The position numbers were made by a program, and so were the translations under genes. Source: a bacterium (lineage in GTDB: Bacteria; Zhuqueibacterota; Zhuqueibacteria; Oceanimicrobiales; Oceanimicrobiaceae). Taken from it: a stretch of DNA of 12,646 bases. The stretch's first letter is position 1; each line of letters begins with the position of its first letter. The stretch is from contig JBBIIG010000090.1 in NCBI GenBank assembly GCA_037446635.1, positions 1 through 12,646 on the forward strand, written 5' to 3'. This document shows, one piece after another, positions 1 through 7,739 of the stretch. The notes beneath the pieces are model-generated. The model was not told where the DNA came from. It made no database searches and was given only the letters and a program-made list of their open reading frames with translations.

Positions 1-586
1 GTTTCCCGCCCACAAAAAACCAAATGACATTGCTCAATTTCAGTTTGAATCCGCCGGCGCGATCCTCGGAGGGCAGCGATTCCTCGGTTTGATTGGGATC
101 CAGCAGCCAGTCGGTTACCTTTCTCCCCTGAGTGGTAGAAATGGGAAGGATGGCGGCGCGCATCTGGATCACGAATCTCAGGTTGGGTGGAAGCTGCCGC
201 GCCGAAACCAAAACGGCGTTTTCAACGCGGCTGCTGATTTTTTTGACCTCCTCCAGTTCGCTGAAAAATCGCACGCTGTCCTCGGCGACGGTGTAGCGGT
301 TTTCCCACACATCGTAGGAAATGGAACGGGTGATCTGGCGCTGGACGATTTGTTTGTTGCGGTCATCTTTCAGCTTGATTTCGATTTGCACAATGGCGGG
401 CAGGCCGCTTTGAATGGTGCCGACAATTTTATTTGAAAATAAGTTTTCACAAACCGCGGAGACGGTGAGCGACTGGCCGGACAGCCGCGGCATGATCTGC
501 ATTACACGGATCGCGTCCCCCTCGCCGGCCGCGGCCCAGCCTGCGATAAAAATCAAGAAGAAATAAATGGCGTTTCTGGCCTGCAT
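1..586 (-). CDS. Secreted/periplasmic protein, DUF4390-like; partial, runs off the left edge
   Basis: Manual translation from the ATG at 586 is open to the window edge: MQARNAIYFFLIFIAGWAAAGEGDAIRVMQIMPRLSGQSLTVSAVCENLFSNKIVGTIQSGLPAIVQIEIKL...RQITRSISYDVWENRYTV.... It has an N-terminal signal peptide. The 'IQSGLP' and 'YDVWENRY' motifs recall DUF4390. It is missing from the ORF track because no stop lies in the window. Confidence 0.75.
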   Translation of the reverse strand, partial: MQARNAIYFFLIFIAGWAAAGEGDAIRVMQIMPRLSGQSLTVSAVCENLFSNKIVGTIQSGLPAIVQIEIKLKDDRNKQIVQRQITRSISYDVWENRYTVAEDSVRFFSELEEVKKISSRVENAVLVSARQLPPNLRFVIQMRAAILPISTTQGRKVTDWLLDPNQTEESLPSEDRAGGFKLKLSNVIWFFVGGK

Positions 587-607
587 GATTTGCGAATTAT
601 CTAACTA

Positions 608-673
608 AATGGAGTAATGGATCGATGAAAAAGAAAACTTCATTACTCCAATGATCCATTATTCCAATACTCC
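608..673. repeat. Inverted pair of degenerate 8-mer tandem arrays
   Basis: aatggagt-aatggatc-gatgaaa faces ttcattac-tccaatga-tccattat-tccaatac-tcc. tggagtaatg (610-619) is the exact reverse complement of cattactcca (641-650). Confidence 0.75.
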
Positions 674-735
674 CCGTTAACATAGCAGCACTGATTAGAT
701 GTTGACTTCCGTGTGGCTCATCTCTATCCATTATT

Positions 736-2124
736 TCAGAAGGTTTGCCCCAACGAAATGTGAAATTGAAAATCGTTGTTATCGACGTTGTTTAATGGGA
801 ACGAGAAATCGAAGCGGGTGACGCCCAAGACCGGCAGCCGCACCCGGAACCCGAAGCCCGCGGCGGCGAAGATGTCATTCACATTCGGATCGTCTGCGGG
901 CGACCAGATTCCGCCGGCGTCGAAAAACAAAACCCCCGAGGATTTGTGGTTTGGGAAATTCCGGGCCGTCAACGGGAAGCGGAATTCCGCGCTGCTCAAA
1001 AATAGTTTCGTGCCCCAGCCCAGCGGCGTGAGGCGGCGGTCGCCGTAGCCGCGCAGGGAGTTGGCGCCGCCCAAATAGAAGCGCTCGTAAAACGGCGCGT
1101 TTTCGCCGGCGTAACCGGCTTTCAAATGCAGCGCCAGCACCTGATGGCGCAGCGCTTGTTTGTAAAAACGGGCGTCGAAGGTGATTTTGCCGAAGTCGCG
1201 GTCGCTGCCAAAACGATCGTTGGCAATTTCGGCGGTGAGCGCACCCCAGAAGCCGTTGAGCGGATAAATGGGGTTGTCGCGGGTGTCGATGGCGGCCCCC
1301 AGCACAATGGCGCCAATCTGAGTTTTGGGGATATCTCTCGCCAGTTCCGGCGGCAGCAGGTTCAGCGTCGAGTCGGTTTCGGTTAAGCTGACGAAGCCCT
1401 CGGGGTTGTACGAACCGACGCGATAGGCGTAGAAGAAATGTTTGAGCCAGCCGCGGTTGGAGCGCAGCTCGAAGCGGGCGCCGCCGAAACCAACGTCCTG
1501 TTGTCCGCGATCGGCGCCGAAGTAGTGGATGAATTGCTGGCCGCCGCCGTAAAGCTCAATGTCCAGCGCCACGGCATCGATGGTGCGGCGGTATCCCAGC
1601 GCCAATTTGCTGACGCGATCGCCCAGCACCCAGCGCAAGCCGAGCAGCTCGCCGGCGCCGCTGAAGTTGTCGAAGCGCAAGCTGGCGGGCACAAAGAACC
1701 AGCCGTTGAGATCGCTGAAGCCGCCTTCAAATTGAAAATAGGGCCAGCTCCGCTCTTTGACCTCCACGATCAGCACCAGCTTGCCGGTTTCGGCGCCGGG
1801 GTGGGTGTAAAATTCCACCTCCTTAAAAAAATTGGTTTGTTCGAGCCGGCGATCGTTTTCTTCGATCGTCGCGGGATCGATGGCGTCGCCCGGGCGGATG
1901 GTGAGGTGCTGGTAAATGACCTCGGGATTGGTTTTGGTGTTGCCAACGATTTCGATTTTTTCAACAATCAACTGGCGGGTGGAGTCGGGGATTTGGGCGA
2001 ATACACTCTGGAACGACAGGGCGACGATTCCGGCGATCAGCAGCGCGCTTGGCGTTGAAAACAGGTTTCGAATTAGGGGATACAAGAGTTTTTTTATTCG
2101 ATGTTGAAATTGATTCGACGGCAT
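736..2124 (-). CDS. Omp85 (BamA/TamA) family outer-membrane protein with a single POTRA domain
   Basis: Signal peptide ending SVFA-Q; POTRA motif IEIVGNTKTNPEVI...RLEQTNFFKEV; barrel motifs DTRDNPIYPLNG, FYLGGANSLRGY, FFDAGGIW; C-terminal FHISLGQTF with terminal Phe. Confidence 0.9.
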   Translation of the reverse strand: MPSNQFQHRIKKLLYPLIRNLFSTPSALLIAGIVALSFQSVFAQIPDSTRQLIVEKIEIVGNTKTNPEVIYQHLTIRPGDAIDPATIEENDRRLEQTNFFKEVEFYTHPGAETGKLVLIVEVKERSWPYFQFEGGFSDLNGWFFVPASLRFDNFSGAGELLGLRWVLGDRVSKLALGYRRTIDAVALDIELYGGGQQFIHYFGADRGQQDVGFGGARFELRSNRGWLKHFFYAYRVGSYNPEGFVSLTETDSTLNLLPPELARDIPKTQIGAIVLGAAIDTRDNPIYPLNGFWGALTAEIANDRFGSDRDFGKITFDARFYKQALRHQVLALHLKAGYAGENAPFYERFYLGGANSLRGYGDRRLTPLGWGTKLFLSSAEFRFPLTARNFPNHKSSGVLFFDAGGIWSPADDPNVNDIFAAAGFGFRVRLPVLGVTRFDFSFPLNNVDNNDFQFHISLGQTF

Positions 2125-2174
2125 GTGGTTGGCCTGAATTTAAAATAAAAGCATAATAATTCAATGGATTTGTA

Positions 2175-2203
2175 TTCGCATCCCGGCGCAAAACGGGATC
2201 GAA
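2175..2203. terminator. Hairpin: possible terminator or small palindromic element
   Basis: ttcg(c)atcccg-gcgcaaaa-cgggatcgaa forms a 10-bp stem with one bulge. No clear U-tract follows. Confidence 0.3.
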
Positions 2204-2329
2204 CATAAACAGATCTCAAATTTCAGGCCAGAAGTAGTTTTGGGGAGATTAAGCTTACTCGATGGTTTTGTGATGTAGAACCAATGGGAACGCAGACAAC
2301 AGGTGTGGCTGTTTTACAACGAAAGATTC

Positions 2330-2379
2330 GCCAGAAACTTAAGTTTCTGGCTGATAGCAAAAGTCTGCTGAAGCAGACT
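2330..2379. repeat. REP-like double hairpin
   Basis: Perfect 22-bp palindrome gccagaaacttaagtttctggc (2330-2351), then hairpin agtctgct-ga-agcagact (2362-2379). Confidence 0.75.
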
Positions 2380-2387
2380 AATTTCAT

Positions 2388-2520
2388 GGGGCTGTCCAAA
2401 AAAGCCAGTTGCCTGTCATGCCCGAATGCTTTTATCGGGCATCCATGTGCGTACAGCAGAAAATTCCCGCCAAAAACATGCGGGAATGACAACTATGGAA
2501 CACCTTTTTTGGACAGCCCC
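2388..2520. mobile_element. 133-bp MITE-like element, copy 1: 17-bp terminal inverted repeats around a GTCAT...ATGAC REP-like core
   Basis: Perfect TIR ggggctgtccaaaaaag (2388-2404) / cttttttggacagcccc (2504-2520). The core (2415-2490) holds hairpins atgcccga..tcgggcat and attcccgc..gcgggaat. A second collinear copy lies at 10631-10763. Confidence 0.85.
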
Positions 2521-2558
2521 TAGGTTATGAGCCTGAAAATTTATTTTGAGCGGTTGCT

Positions 2559-3800
2559 TTACTCATACCGCAGCGACTCCACCGGATCGAGTGCGGCCGC
2601 TTTGCGCGCCGGGAAGAATCCGGAGAGCAAGCCAATCAACGCCAGAATGGTCACGGTTAGAAATGTAATTCCCTGCGATAAAATCGGGCGGCCGAGAAAC
2701 TGCATCGGGCCGTCTTCAGCGGGGATGAGCCGCACCAGCGCCACCACGCTCCACGAAAACAAAATGCCAATCGCCCCGCCGATGAACGCAATCAGCAGCG
2801 CCTCGAAAACAAACTGCACGAGGATGTAGCGCCGCCGCGCGCCCACCGCCATCTTGATGCCAATTTCGCGCGTGCGTTCTTTCACCACGATGTACATGAT
2901 GTTGGCCACGCCCACGCCGGCAATCAGCAGCGTCAGAAAGCCCATCGAGCCGAGGAAGATGCTCATGCCGAGGTTGATCTTCTGGCCGATTTTGTCGGAT
3001 TCGATCGTGTCCCACACGCTGAGCGCGCGTTCGTCCTCCGGGTCGAATTTGTACTTCCGTCCCAGCACGCGATATAATTCGCTTTTCACCAGCTCCTGCT
3101 TGTTGGGGTCTTTCGGACTGATTACCATCGAGTTGAGGTATTTGTAGCCAAACTGCGTGCGAAACGTGTTGTACGGAACGATCGCGCGGCGGGAATCCGG
3201 ACCGTTGTTCATGCTGGTTTGAATTTTCTTCTGCATGATGCCGATCACGGTGTAGGGCACACCGTCGAGCATAACGACTTTGCCGATGGCATCCTCTTGC
3301 CCAAAAATTTCCTCGGCGATTTTGATGCCGAGGAACAGCACGCGCCGCTGGAGCAAAATGTCCTGATCGCTGAGGAAGCGGCCGCCGGCCACCGGATACA
3401 TGCGGCGCATTTCTTCAAAGTACGGCGTCACGCCTTCGCATTCGGTGGTGACCGAAATTTTGCCGTAAGTGAGGGTGACGTTTTTGCGGTACTGCGGGCT
3501 GATCATGTCGATGAACGGGATCGCTTCCTTCAACAATTTCACATCCTCCTCCACAAAGCGAATGCGCCGGCCTTTGGGGAGGCCTTCAAATTCCTTGCCG
3601 GTTTGTCCGCCCCAAACCATCAGCACGCGGTTATAGGCATTGAGCATGCCATTGCGCATCTGCGTTCCCAGCCCGTTGCCAAACGACAGCAGCAGCACCA
3701 CCGTCACCGTGCCCCAGGCAATGGCAATGATGGTGAGAAGGGCGCGGGTTTTATGCGCTTTCAGGTCTTGGAAGAATTCTTTAATCAGTTCGGTCCACAT
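2559..3800 (-). CDS. ABC transporter permease, MacB/FtsX family (no fused ATPase)
   Basis: Probable start is MWTELIKEFFQDLKAHKTRALLT at 3800. One TM helix, a large periplasmic domain (GGRFLSDQD), then GVGVANIMYIVVKERTREIGIKMAVGA and C-terminal PARKAAALDPVESLRYE. Confidence 0.93.
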   Translation of the reverse strand: MWTELIKEFFQDLKAHKTRALLTIIAIAWGTVTVVLLLSFGNGLGTQMRNGMLNAYNRVLMVWGGQTGKEFEGLPKGRRIRFVEEDVKLLKEAIPFIDMISPQYRKNVTLTYGKISVTTECEGVTPYFEEMRRMYPVAGGRFLSDQDILLQRRVLFLGIKIAEEIFGQEDAIGKVVMLDGVPYTVIGIMQKKIQTSMNNGPDSRRAIVPYNTFRTQFGYKYLNSMVISPKDPNKQELVKSELYRVLGRKYKFDPEDERALSVWDTIESDKIGQKINLGMSIFLGSMGFLTLLIAGVGVANIMYIVVKERTREIGIKMAVGARRRYILVQFVFEALLIAFIGGAIGILFSWSVVALVRLIPAEDGPMQFLGRPILSQGITFLTVTILALIGLLSGFFPARKAAALDPVESLRYE

Positions 3801-3809
3801 AGCTTTTCC

Positions 3810-3882
3810 GTGAGACGTGAGATGTGAAACGTGAGACGGCAAACAGCAAACGTGATATTTTTTCAGTTTGCATTTTTCATTT
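3810..3882. repeat. Degenerate heptamer tandem arrays
   Basis: gtgagac gtgagat gtgaaac gtgagac ggcaaac agcaaac gtgatat (3810-3858), followed by ttttcag tttgcat ttttcat. Confidence 0.75.
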
Positions 3883-3896
3883 ATCGCGCTTGATCC

Positions 3897-3964
3897 AACA
3901 CCGTTTGTAACGGTGTTTTCATTCGACTCGCAACATCCCAAAACACAGTTACAAACTGTGTTTT
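3897..3964. repeat. Inverted REP doublet (REPIN-like)
   Basis: aacaccgtt-tgt-aacggtgtt (3897-3917) and aaaacacagtt-aca-aactgtgtttt (3940-3964) are each hairpins, and they are near reverse complements of one another. Confidence 0.75.
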
Positions 3965-4017
3965 ATCGAATATACAAACGAGACCTTGCGCTACAATTCA
4001 GAGTTCCAATTCTACTG

Positions 4018-5253
4018 TTATGCTCGCAAACATTCCGCGGCATCAAGATTCGCGGCCTTGCGCGCCGGCATCAAACCGGCGGCGAGGCCAATCAAAAACA
4101 AAATCGCCGCCGTCGCCAGCATCACTTCGATGGAAATTTCCGGCGTACCAACGAATTCTTTAATCGGGATGAGCTTCATTCCTTGCGTGATAGCAATCGC
4201 AATGATGAAGCCAATAATTGCGCCCAGGGCGATGATGAAAAACGTCTCCATAAAAAACTGAAAAAGGATGTTGTACTTGGTGGCGCCCACCGCCCGCTTG
4301 ATGCCAATTTCTTTGAAGCGCTCCTGCACTACCACGTACATAATATTCGCCACGCCAATGCCGCCCACGGCCAACGTGAATGTGCCGATGACGCCCATGA
4401 AAATGTTGAACGCCAGAAAAAAGTAAAACATGAATTTGTCGAACTCCGACGTGTCCCACAGCCAGATGGCGCTTTTGTCGGTGGGATCGAATTTGTAGCG
4501 CTTGCCCAGCACCTGCCGCACCTGCTCGTTGACTGCCTCCGCCTGCCGCGGATCCGCGTGTTGATAAATGATATTGTTGATGTAAACATCACCGAACGCG
4601 GCGGCAAACGTAGACGCCGGAATGAACACGCGATCTTGATCGCGGGAGTTGTACGAGGAGTTCTGCGTCTTCTTCTGCATCACGCCAATAACGGTGAACG
4701 GCATGTCGCCGAGATAGACGAGTTGACCCACGGCGTTTTCTTCGCCAAATAAATACTCTTTCACTTTATTGCCGATCACCGCTACCCGCCGGCGCTGCTG
4801 CATATCGAGATCGTGGAAAAAGCGGCCGCCCACTTCACAGATGATGTTGCGCATCTCGCCGTAAATGGGATACACGCCAGTGATGTTCGGATTCAAAATA
4901 CTTTTGCCCACGTGCACGGGCGTGTTCCAGCGGCTGTATTCGGGACTGATGGCGCGAATGCCTTTGACTTCACGTTCAAGCAGCCTTGCGTCATCTTCAA
5001 TTAAGCGGATGCCGCGGCCTTTGCCAAACCCCTCGAAGGCTTTGGTGGTTTTGCCCGGAAACATGATGACGATTTGCTCGCCAATGCCGTGCATGTTAAT
5101 GGAGAGCTGCCGCTTGAATCCCATCCCGAACGCCAGCAGCACCACAATCGCCACCGTGCCCCAAATGATGCCGAAGATAGTGAGAAAGGTGCGCAGCTTC
5201 TGCGCGCGCAAATCTTGTACGAATTCGGAAAGGGTTGTTAGTAGATGGTTCAT
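4018..5253 (-). CDS. ABC transporter permease, MacB/FtsX family (no fused ATPase)
   Basis: ATG at 5253 (alternative GTG at 5259). Motifs LRAQKLRTFLTIFGIIWG, GGIGVANIMYVVVQERFKEIGIKRAVGA and PARKAANLDAAECLRA. Paralog of the 2559-3800 permease. Confidence 0.93.
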   Translation of the reverse strand: MNHLLTTLSEFVQDLRAQKLRTFLTIFGIIWGTVAIVVLLAFGMGFKRQLSINMHGIGEQIVIMFPGKTTKAFEGFGKGRGIRLIEDDARLLEREVKGIRAISPEYSRWNTPVHVGKSILNPNITGVYPIYGEMRNIICEVGGRFFHDLDMQQRRRVAVIGNKVKEYLFGEENAVGQLVYLGDMPFTVIGVMQKKTQNSSYNSRDQDRVFIPASTFAAAFGDVYINNIIYQHADPRQAEAVNEQVRQVLGKRYKFDPTDKSAIWLWDTSEFDKFMFYFFLAFNIFMGVIGTFTLAVGGIGVANIMYVVVQERFKEIGIKRAVGATKYNILFQFFMETFFIIALGAIIGFIIAIAITQGMKLIPIKEFVGTPEISIEVMLATAAILFLIGLAAGLMPARKAANLDAAECLRA

Positions 5254-5254
5254 A

Positions 5255-5317
5255 TTCACAATCTATCATTCACAATTGACAATTGACAATTCACCATTCC
5301 CCATTCACTATTCGCTC
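5255..5317. repeat. Heptamer tandem array, about 9 units
   Basis: ttcacaa tctatca ttcacaa ttgacaa ttgacaa ttcacca ttcccca ttcacta ttcgctc fills nearly the whole spacer. Confidence 0.8.
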
Positions 5318-5327
5318 TGCGCTTTGC

Positions 5328-6422
5328 TCATTCGATCTTCTTCACCGGCTTCTCCAGTACCTCATCCCCTTCTTTCAAACCTTCCAGCACTTCAACGTTG
5401 ATGGCGTCGCTCAGGCCGGTTTTGATATAGCGCTCTTCGCTCTTATTCTCCGCCAGCGCTACTTTCACAAAAGCGGAATCGTTGCGAAAGGTCACCACCC
5501 GTTCCGGGATCACCAGCACGCTGTCTTTACGCTGAATGATGATGTTCGCGTTAGCCGAGTAGCCGGCGCGCAGAGTGGTGCCATTCGATATCGCGATCAA
5601 AATTTCGATGGGGAACACTGTGGTGTTGTCGTTCTTCTCCGCTTTCAGAGAAATCTTTTGCAGCGTGCCGGTGATTTTGGCGTCGGGCAGGGCGCCAATT
5701 TTGATCTCTGCTTCCATGCCCTCGTGCAATTTGCCCACGTCGATTTCATCCACCGTGCCTTTGAAAAGCAGATTTTCCATGTTGGCTATTTTCATCAGCA
5801 CGGTGCCTTCCTGAAAGGAAGTTAGCGGCGTGACCGAATCGCCAATCTCCACGGTTTTACTAAGGACGAAGCCATCGATGGGCGCGTGAATGATGGTCTC
5901 GATTTTCTTGCCGCCAATATTCACTTTTCCGCTTTCGATGAGCGCTAACTTTTCTTTGGCGATGTTGAGCCGAAGTTCCGATTCTTTAAATCGCCGCAGG
6001 AAATCGTCAAACTCTTTGTCCGAAATCAGTGCGTTTTTCAACAGCGATTCCTGCCGCGCCTTTTCTTTGGTCATATTGTCGAGCTCCACCTGCGCCAGCT
6101 CGACGTTGCGTTTGGCCTCCGCCAATTCCAACGGGGTGGGATCGGGATTCACTTCCAACAGCGGATCCCCCGCTTTCACAAACGAGCCCGGCTCCGCAAA
6201 AATGCGGCTCACTACGCCGGAGATTTTGGATTTGATGGAGATTTCGTTTTCGGGTTCGATGGTGCCGACCGCGAGGGCTTTGTCCACGATGTTGTCGCGC
6301 GTGACTTTTACTTTGGGGAGGGCATTCTTTTCATCGCCGTTGGAGCGGCCGATCATCACCGCCACTGCCGCCATCGCGACGATCGCGCCGATGCCAATAA
6401 AAAGCCATTTTTTCTTTTTCAT
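5328..6422 (-). CDS. Efflux periplasmic adaptor subunit (MacA/HlyD-like membrane fusion protein)
   Basis: KKKK followed by a TM anchor; lipoyl half-motifs ISIKSKISGVVSRIFAEPGSFVKAGDPL and IHAPIDGFV; coiled-coil hairpin; VDEIDVGKLHEGM; C-terminal GLSDAINVEVLEGLKEGDEV. Confidence 0.93.
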   Translation of the reverse strand: MKKKKWLFIGIGAIVAMAAVAVMIGRSNGDEKNALPKVKVTRDNIVDKALAVGTIEPENEISIKSKISGVVSRIFAEPGSFVKAGDPLLEVNPDPTPLELAEAKRNVELAQVELDNMTKEKARQESLLKNALISDKEFDDFLRRFKESELRLNIAKEKLALIESGKVNIGGKKIETIIHAPIDGFVLSKTVEIGDSVTPLTSFQEGTVLMKIANMENLLFKGTVDEIDVGKLHEGMEAEIKIGALPDAKITGTLQKISLKAEKNDNTTVFPIEILIAISNGTTLRAGYSANANIIIQRKDSVLVIPERVVTFRNDSAFVKVALAENKSEERYIKTGLSDAINVEVLEGLKEGDEVLEKPVKKIE

Positions 6423-6550
6423 AGTCTTTCCTCATCAACTAAGATTCATGGGGAATGAATCGTTTTTCTCAGGTAAGAAGTCGGCAAAAAAGTACGACTG
6501 CCAACTCTGCATTGTTTCAAAGTTTTATTCACAGCAATTGATTGCAGTGA

Positions 6551-6594
6551 TCCATTACTCCAGAACTCAGTACTCCAACACTCCACTCCAACGC
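6551..6594. repeat. Degenerate 8-mer tandem array
   Basis: tccattac tccagaac tcagtac tccaacac tccac tccaacgc; same unit type as 639-673. Confidence 0.7.
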
Positions 6595-6601
6595 CCGCCT
6601 C

Positions 6602-6630
6602 TTGCTTTTATCGGGAAAACCTTTTATTAT
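6602..6630 (+). promoter_or_regulatory. Putative sigma70 promoter for the DUF971 gene
   Basis: TTGCTT (6602-6607), 17-bp spacer, TATTAT (6625-6630), 32 nt upstream of the ATG at 6663. Confidence 0.45.
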
Positions 6631-6662
6631 GAGACAACTAAATCACGAAAGTTGTTGCCACG

Positions 6663-7013
6663 ATGGAAAATAAATTCTTTGCCAAAGAAGTGGAAGTAAA
6701 TACCGCCGAGCAAACGTTGACCATCCTTTGGGGAGACGGCCACCGCTCGGTTTATCCGCTGGAAGGCTTGCGGATGTCCTGTCCCTGCGCGGTCTGCGCC
6801 GGCGGCCACGAATTCATGGGCCGCCCGGTTGATCCGGCCATCTTCAAAATTCCACCCGCGAAAACTTGGACGATCACCGATCTGCGCGAGATGGGCAACT
6901 ACGCCGTGCAAATCGTTTGGGGCGACGGCCACGACAGCGGCATATATCGCTGGGAAAGTTTGCGGGAGATGTGCCCGTGCGAAACATGCTATCCGGAAGA
7001 GTCACAAAAATGA
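6663..7013 (+). CDS. DUF971 (GBBH N-terminal-like) domain protein
   Basis: Motifs LTILWGDGHRSVY, LRMSCPCAVC and MGNYAVQIVWGDGHDSGIYRWESLR are typical of DUF971. Confidence 0.9.
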   Translation: MENKFFAKEVEVNTAEQTLTILWGDGHRSVYPLEGLRMSCPCAVCAGGHEFMGRPVDPAIFKIPPAKTWTITDLREMGNYAVQIVWGDGHDSGIYRWESLREMCPCETCYPEESQK

Positions 7014-7050
7014 GCGGCAAAAACCTACTTTCCGAATAACAGCGTCGAGA

Positions 7051-7199
7051 ATCTTATGTCACTCAGGAGGAGTCTTTTTATTGCGATATAAATTTGAATC
7101 GTAGCGTGATAAGTCAAAATAATTATCTTATGTCACTCAGGAGGAGTCTTTTCATTGGGATATCCCGCTGTTTGCTAAAAGGGTTCCTCCTGAATGACA
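7051..7199. repeat. GTCA...TGAC-type palindromic element with a duplicated left arm
   Basis: 28-bp exact direct repeat atcttatgtcactcaggaggagtctttt at 7051-7078 and 7125-7152. The second copy pairs imperfectly with aaaagggttcctcctgaatgaca (7177-7199). Confidence 0.8.
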
Positions 7200-7222
7200 G
7201 ATGTTTCGTAATGATGCAGACT

Positions 7223-7280
7223 AATTTCGAAATTGATTTTTGGATTTTATTTGAAATTTGGGATTGGTGTTTTGGGATTT
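7223..7280. repeat. Degenerate heptamer-periodic tract
   Basis: Palindrome aatttcgaaatt, then ...tttggat...tttgaaa tttggga ttggtgt tttggga tt. Confidence 0.55.
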
Positions 7281-7304
7281 CAAAGCGTTGACCGTTAGGT
7301 ACTT

Positions 7305-7664
7305 ATGATTTTTCAACTGCTGGCCGACCTGGTGGTGATTGTCCATCTCGCTTTTGTGATCTTTGTAGTGGCAGGCGGCCTGGTCGCGTTCAAGTGGCGC
7401 AAGGCGATCTATTTTCATTTGCCGGCCGCAGCTTGGGGCGCACTGATTGAATTCGCCGGCTGGATTTGTCCGCTGACGCCGCTGGAAAACTGGCTGCGGC
7501 GCCAGGGCGGCGCCAGCGCATACTCCGGCGATTTCGTCAATCATTATATTATGCCGATTCTCTACCCCAGCGAGTTGACGCGGGAGGTGCAGGTGGTGTT
7601 AGGGGTGTTGGTGGTAGTGATTAACGTTGGCATTTATGGATTTCTTATTAAATCGCGAAGTTAG
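7305..7664 (+). CDS. DUF2784 family membrane protein
   Basis: Motifs LADLVVIVHLAFVIFVVAGG, HLPAAAWGALIEFAGWICPLTPLENWLR and FVNHYIMPILYP. Confidence 0.9.
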   Translation: MIFQLLADLVVIVHLAFVIFVVAGGLVAFKWRKAIYFHLPAAAWGALIEFAGWICPLTPLENWLRRQGGASAYSGDFVNHYIMPILYPSELTREVQVVLGVLVVVINVGIYGFLIKSRS

Positions 7665-7739
7665 TCTCGGCCACGACCTTAAAATTAGAGTCGCATTTGC
7701 TGCTGCACCATGCTTCTTTTTGAATTTTTGAGTTTCTAT

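Noticed and set aside
89..436. ORFs 89..436(+) and 178..366(-)
   Set aside because: Shadows of the minus-strand CDS that starts at 586.
2223..2523. ORFs 2284..2523(+) and 2223..2492(-), which share peptide with the ORFs at 10560(+) and 10166(-)
   Set aside because: The similarity comes from the shared MITE DNA. There is no evidence that these are independent genes.
3801..3941. 47-aa N-terminal extension of the permease in the ORF track (start 3941)
   Set aside because: It translates the heptamer arrays and REP hairpin (SHVSHLTSH). Similarity to the paralogous permease begins at the Met at 3800.
776..6699. Long plus-strand ORFs (1438..2058, 3219..3827, 3868..4752, 4865..5401, 5283..5825, 5890..6699 and others)
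   Set aside because: Antisense shadows of well-supported GC-rich genes, with no recognisable motifs.
7051..7163. CRISPR-like spacing (28-39-bp repeat, 74-bp period)
   Set aside because: Only two copies, no cas genes, and the repeat is one arm of a larger inverted element.
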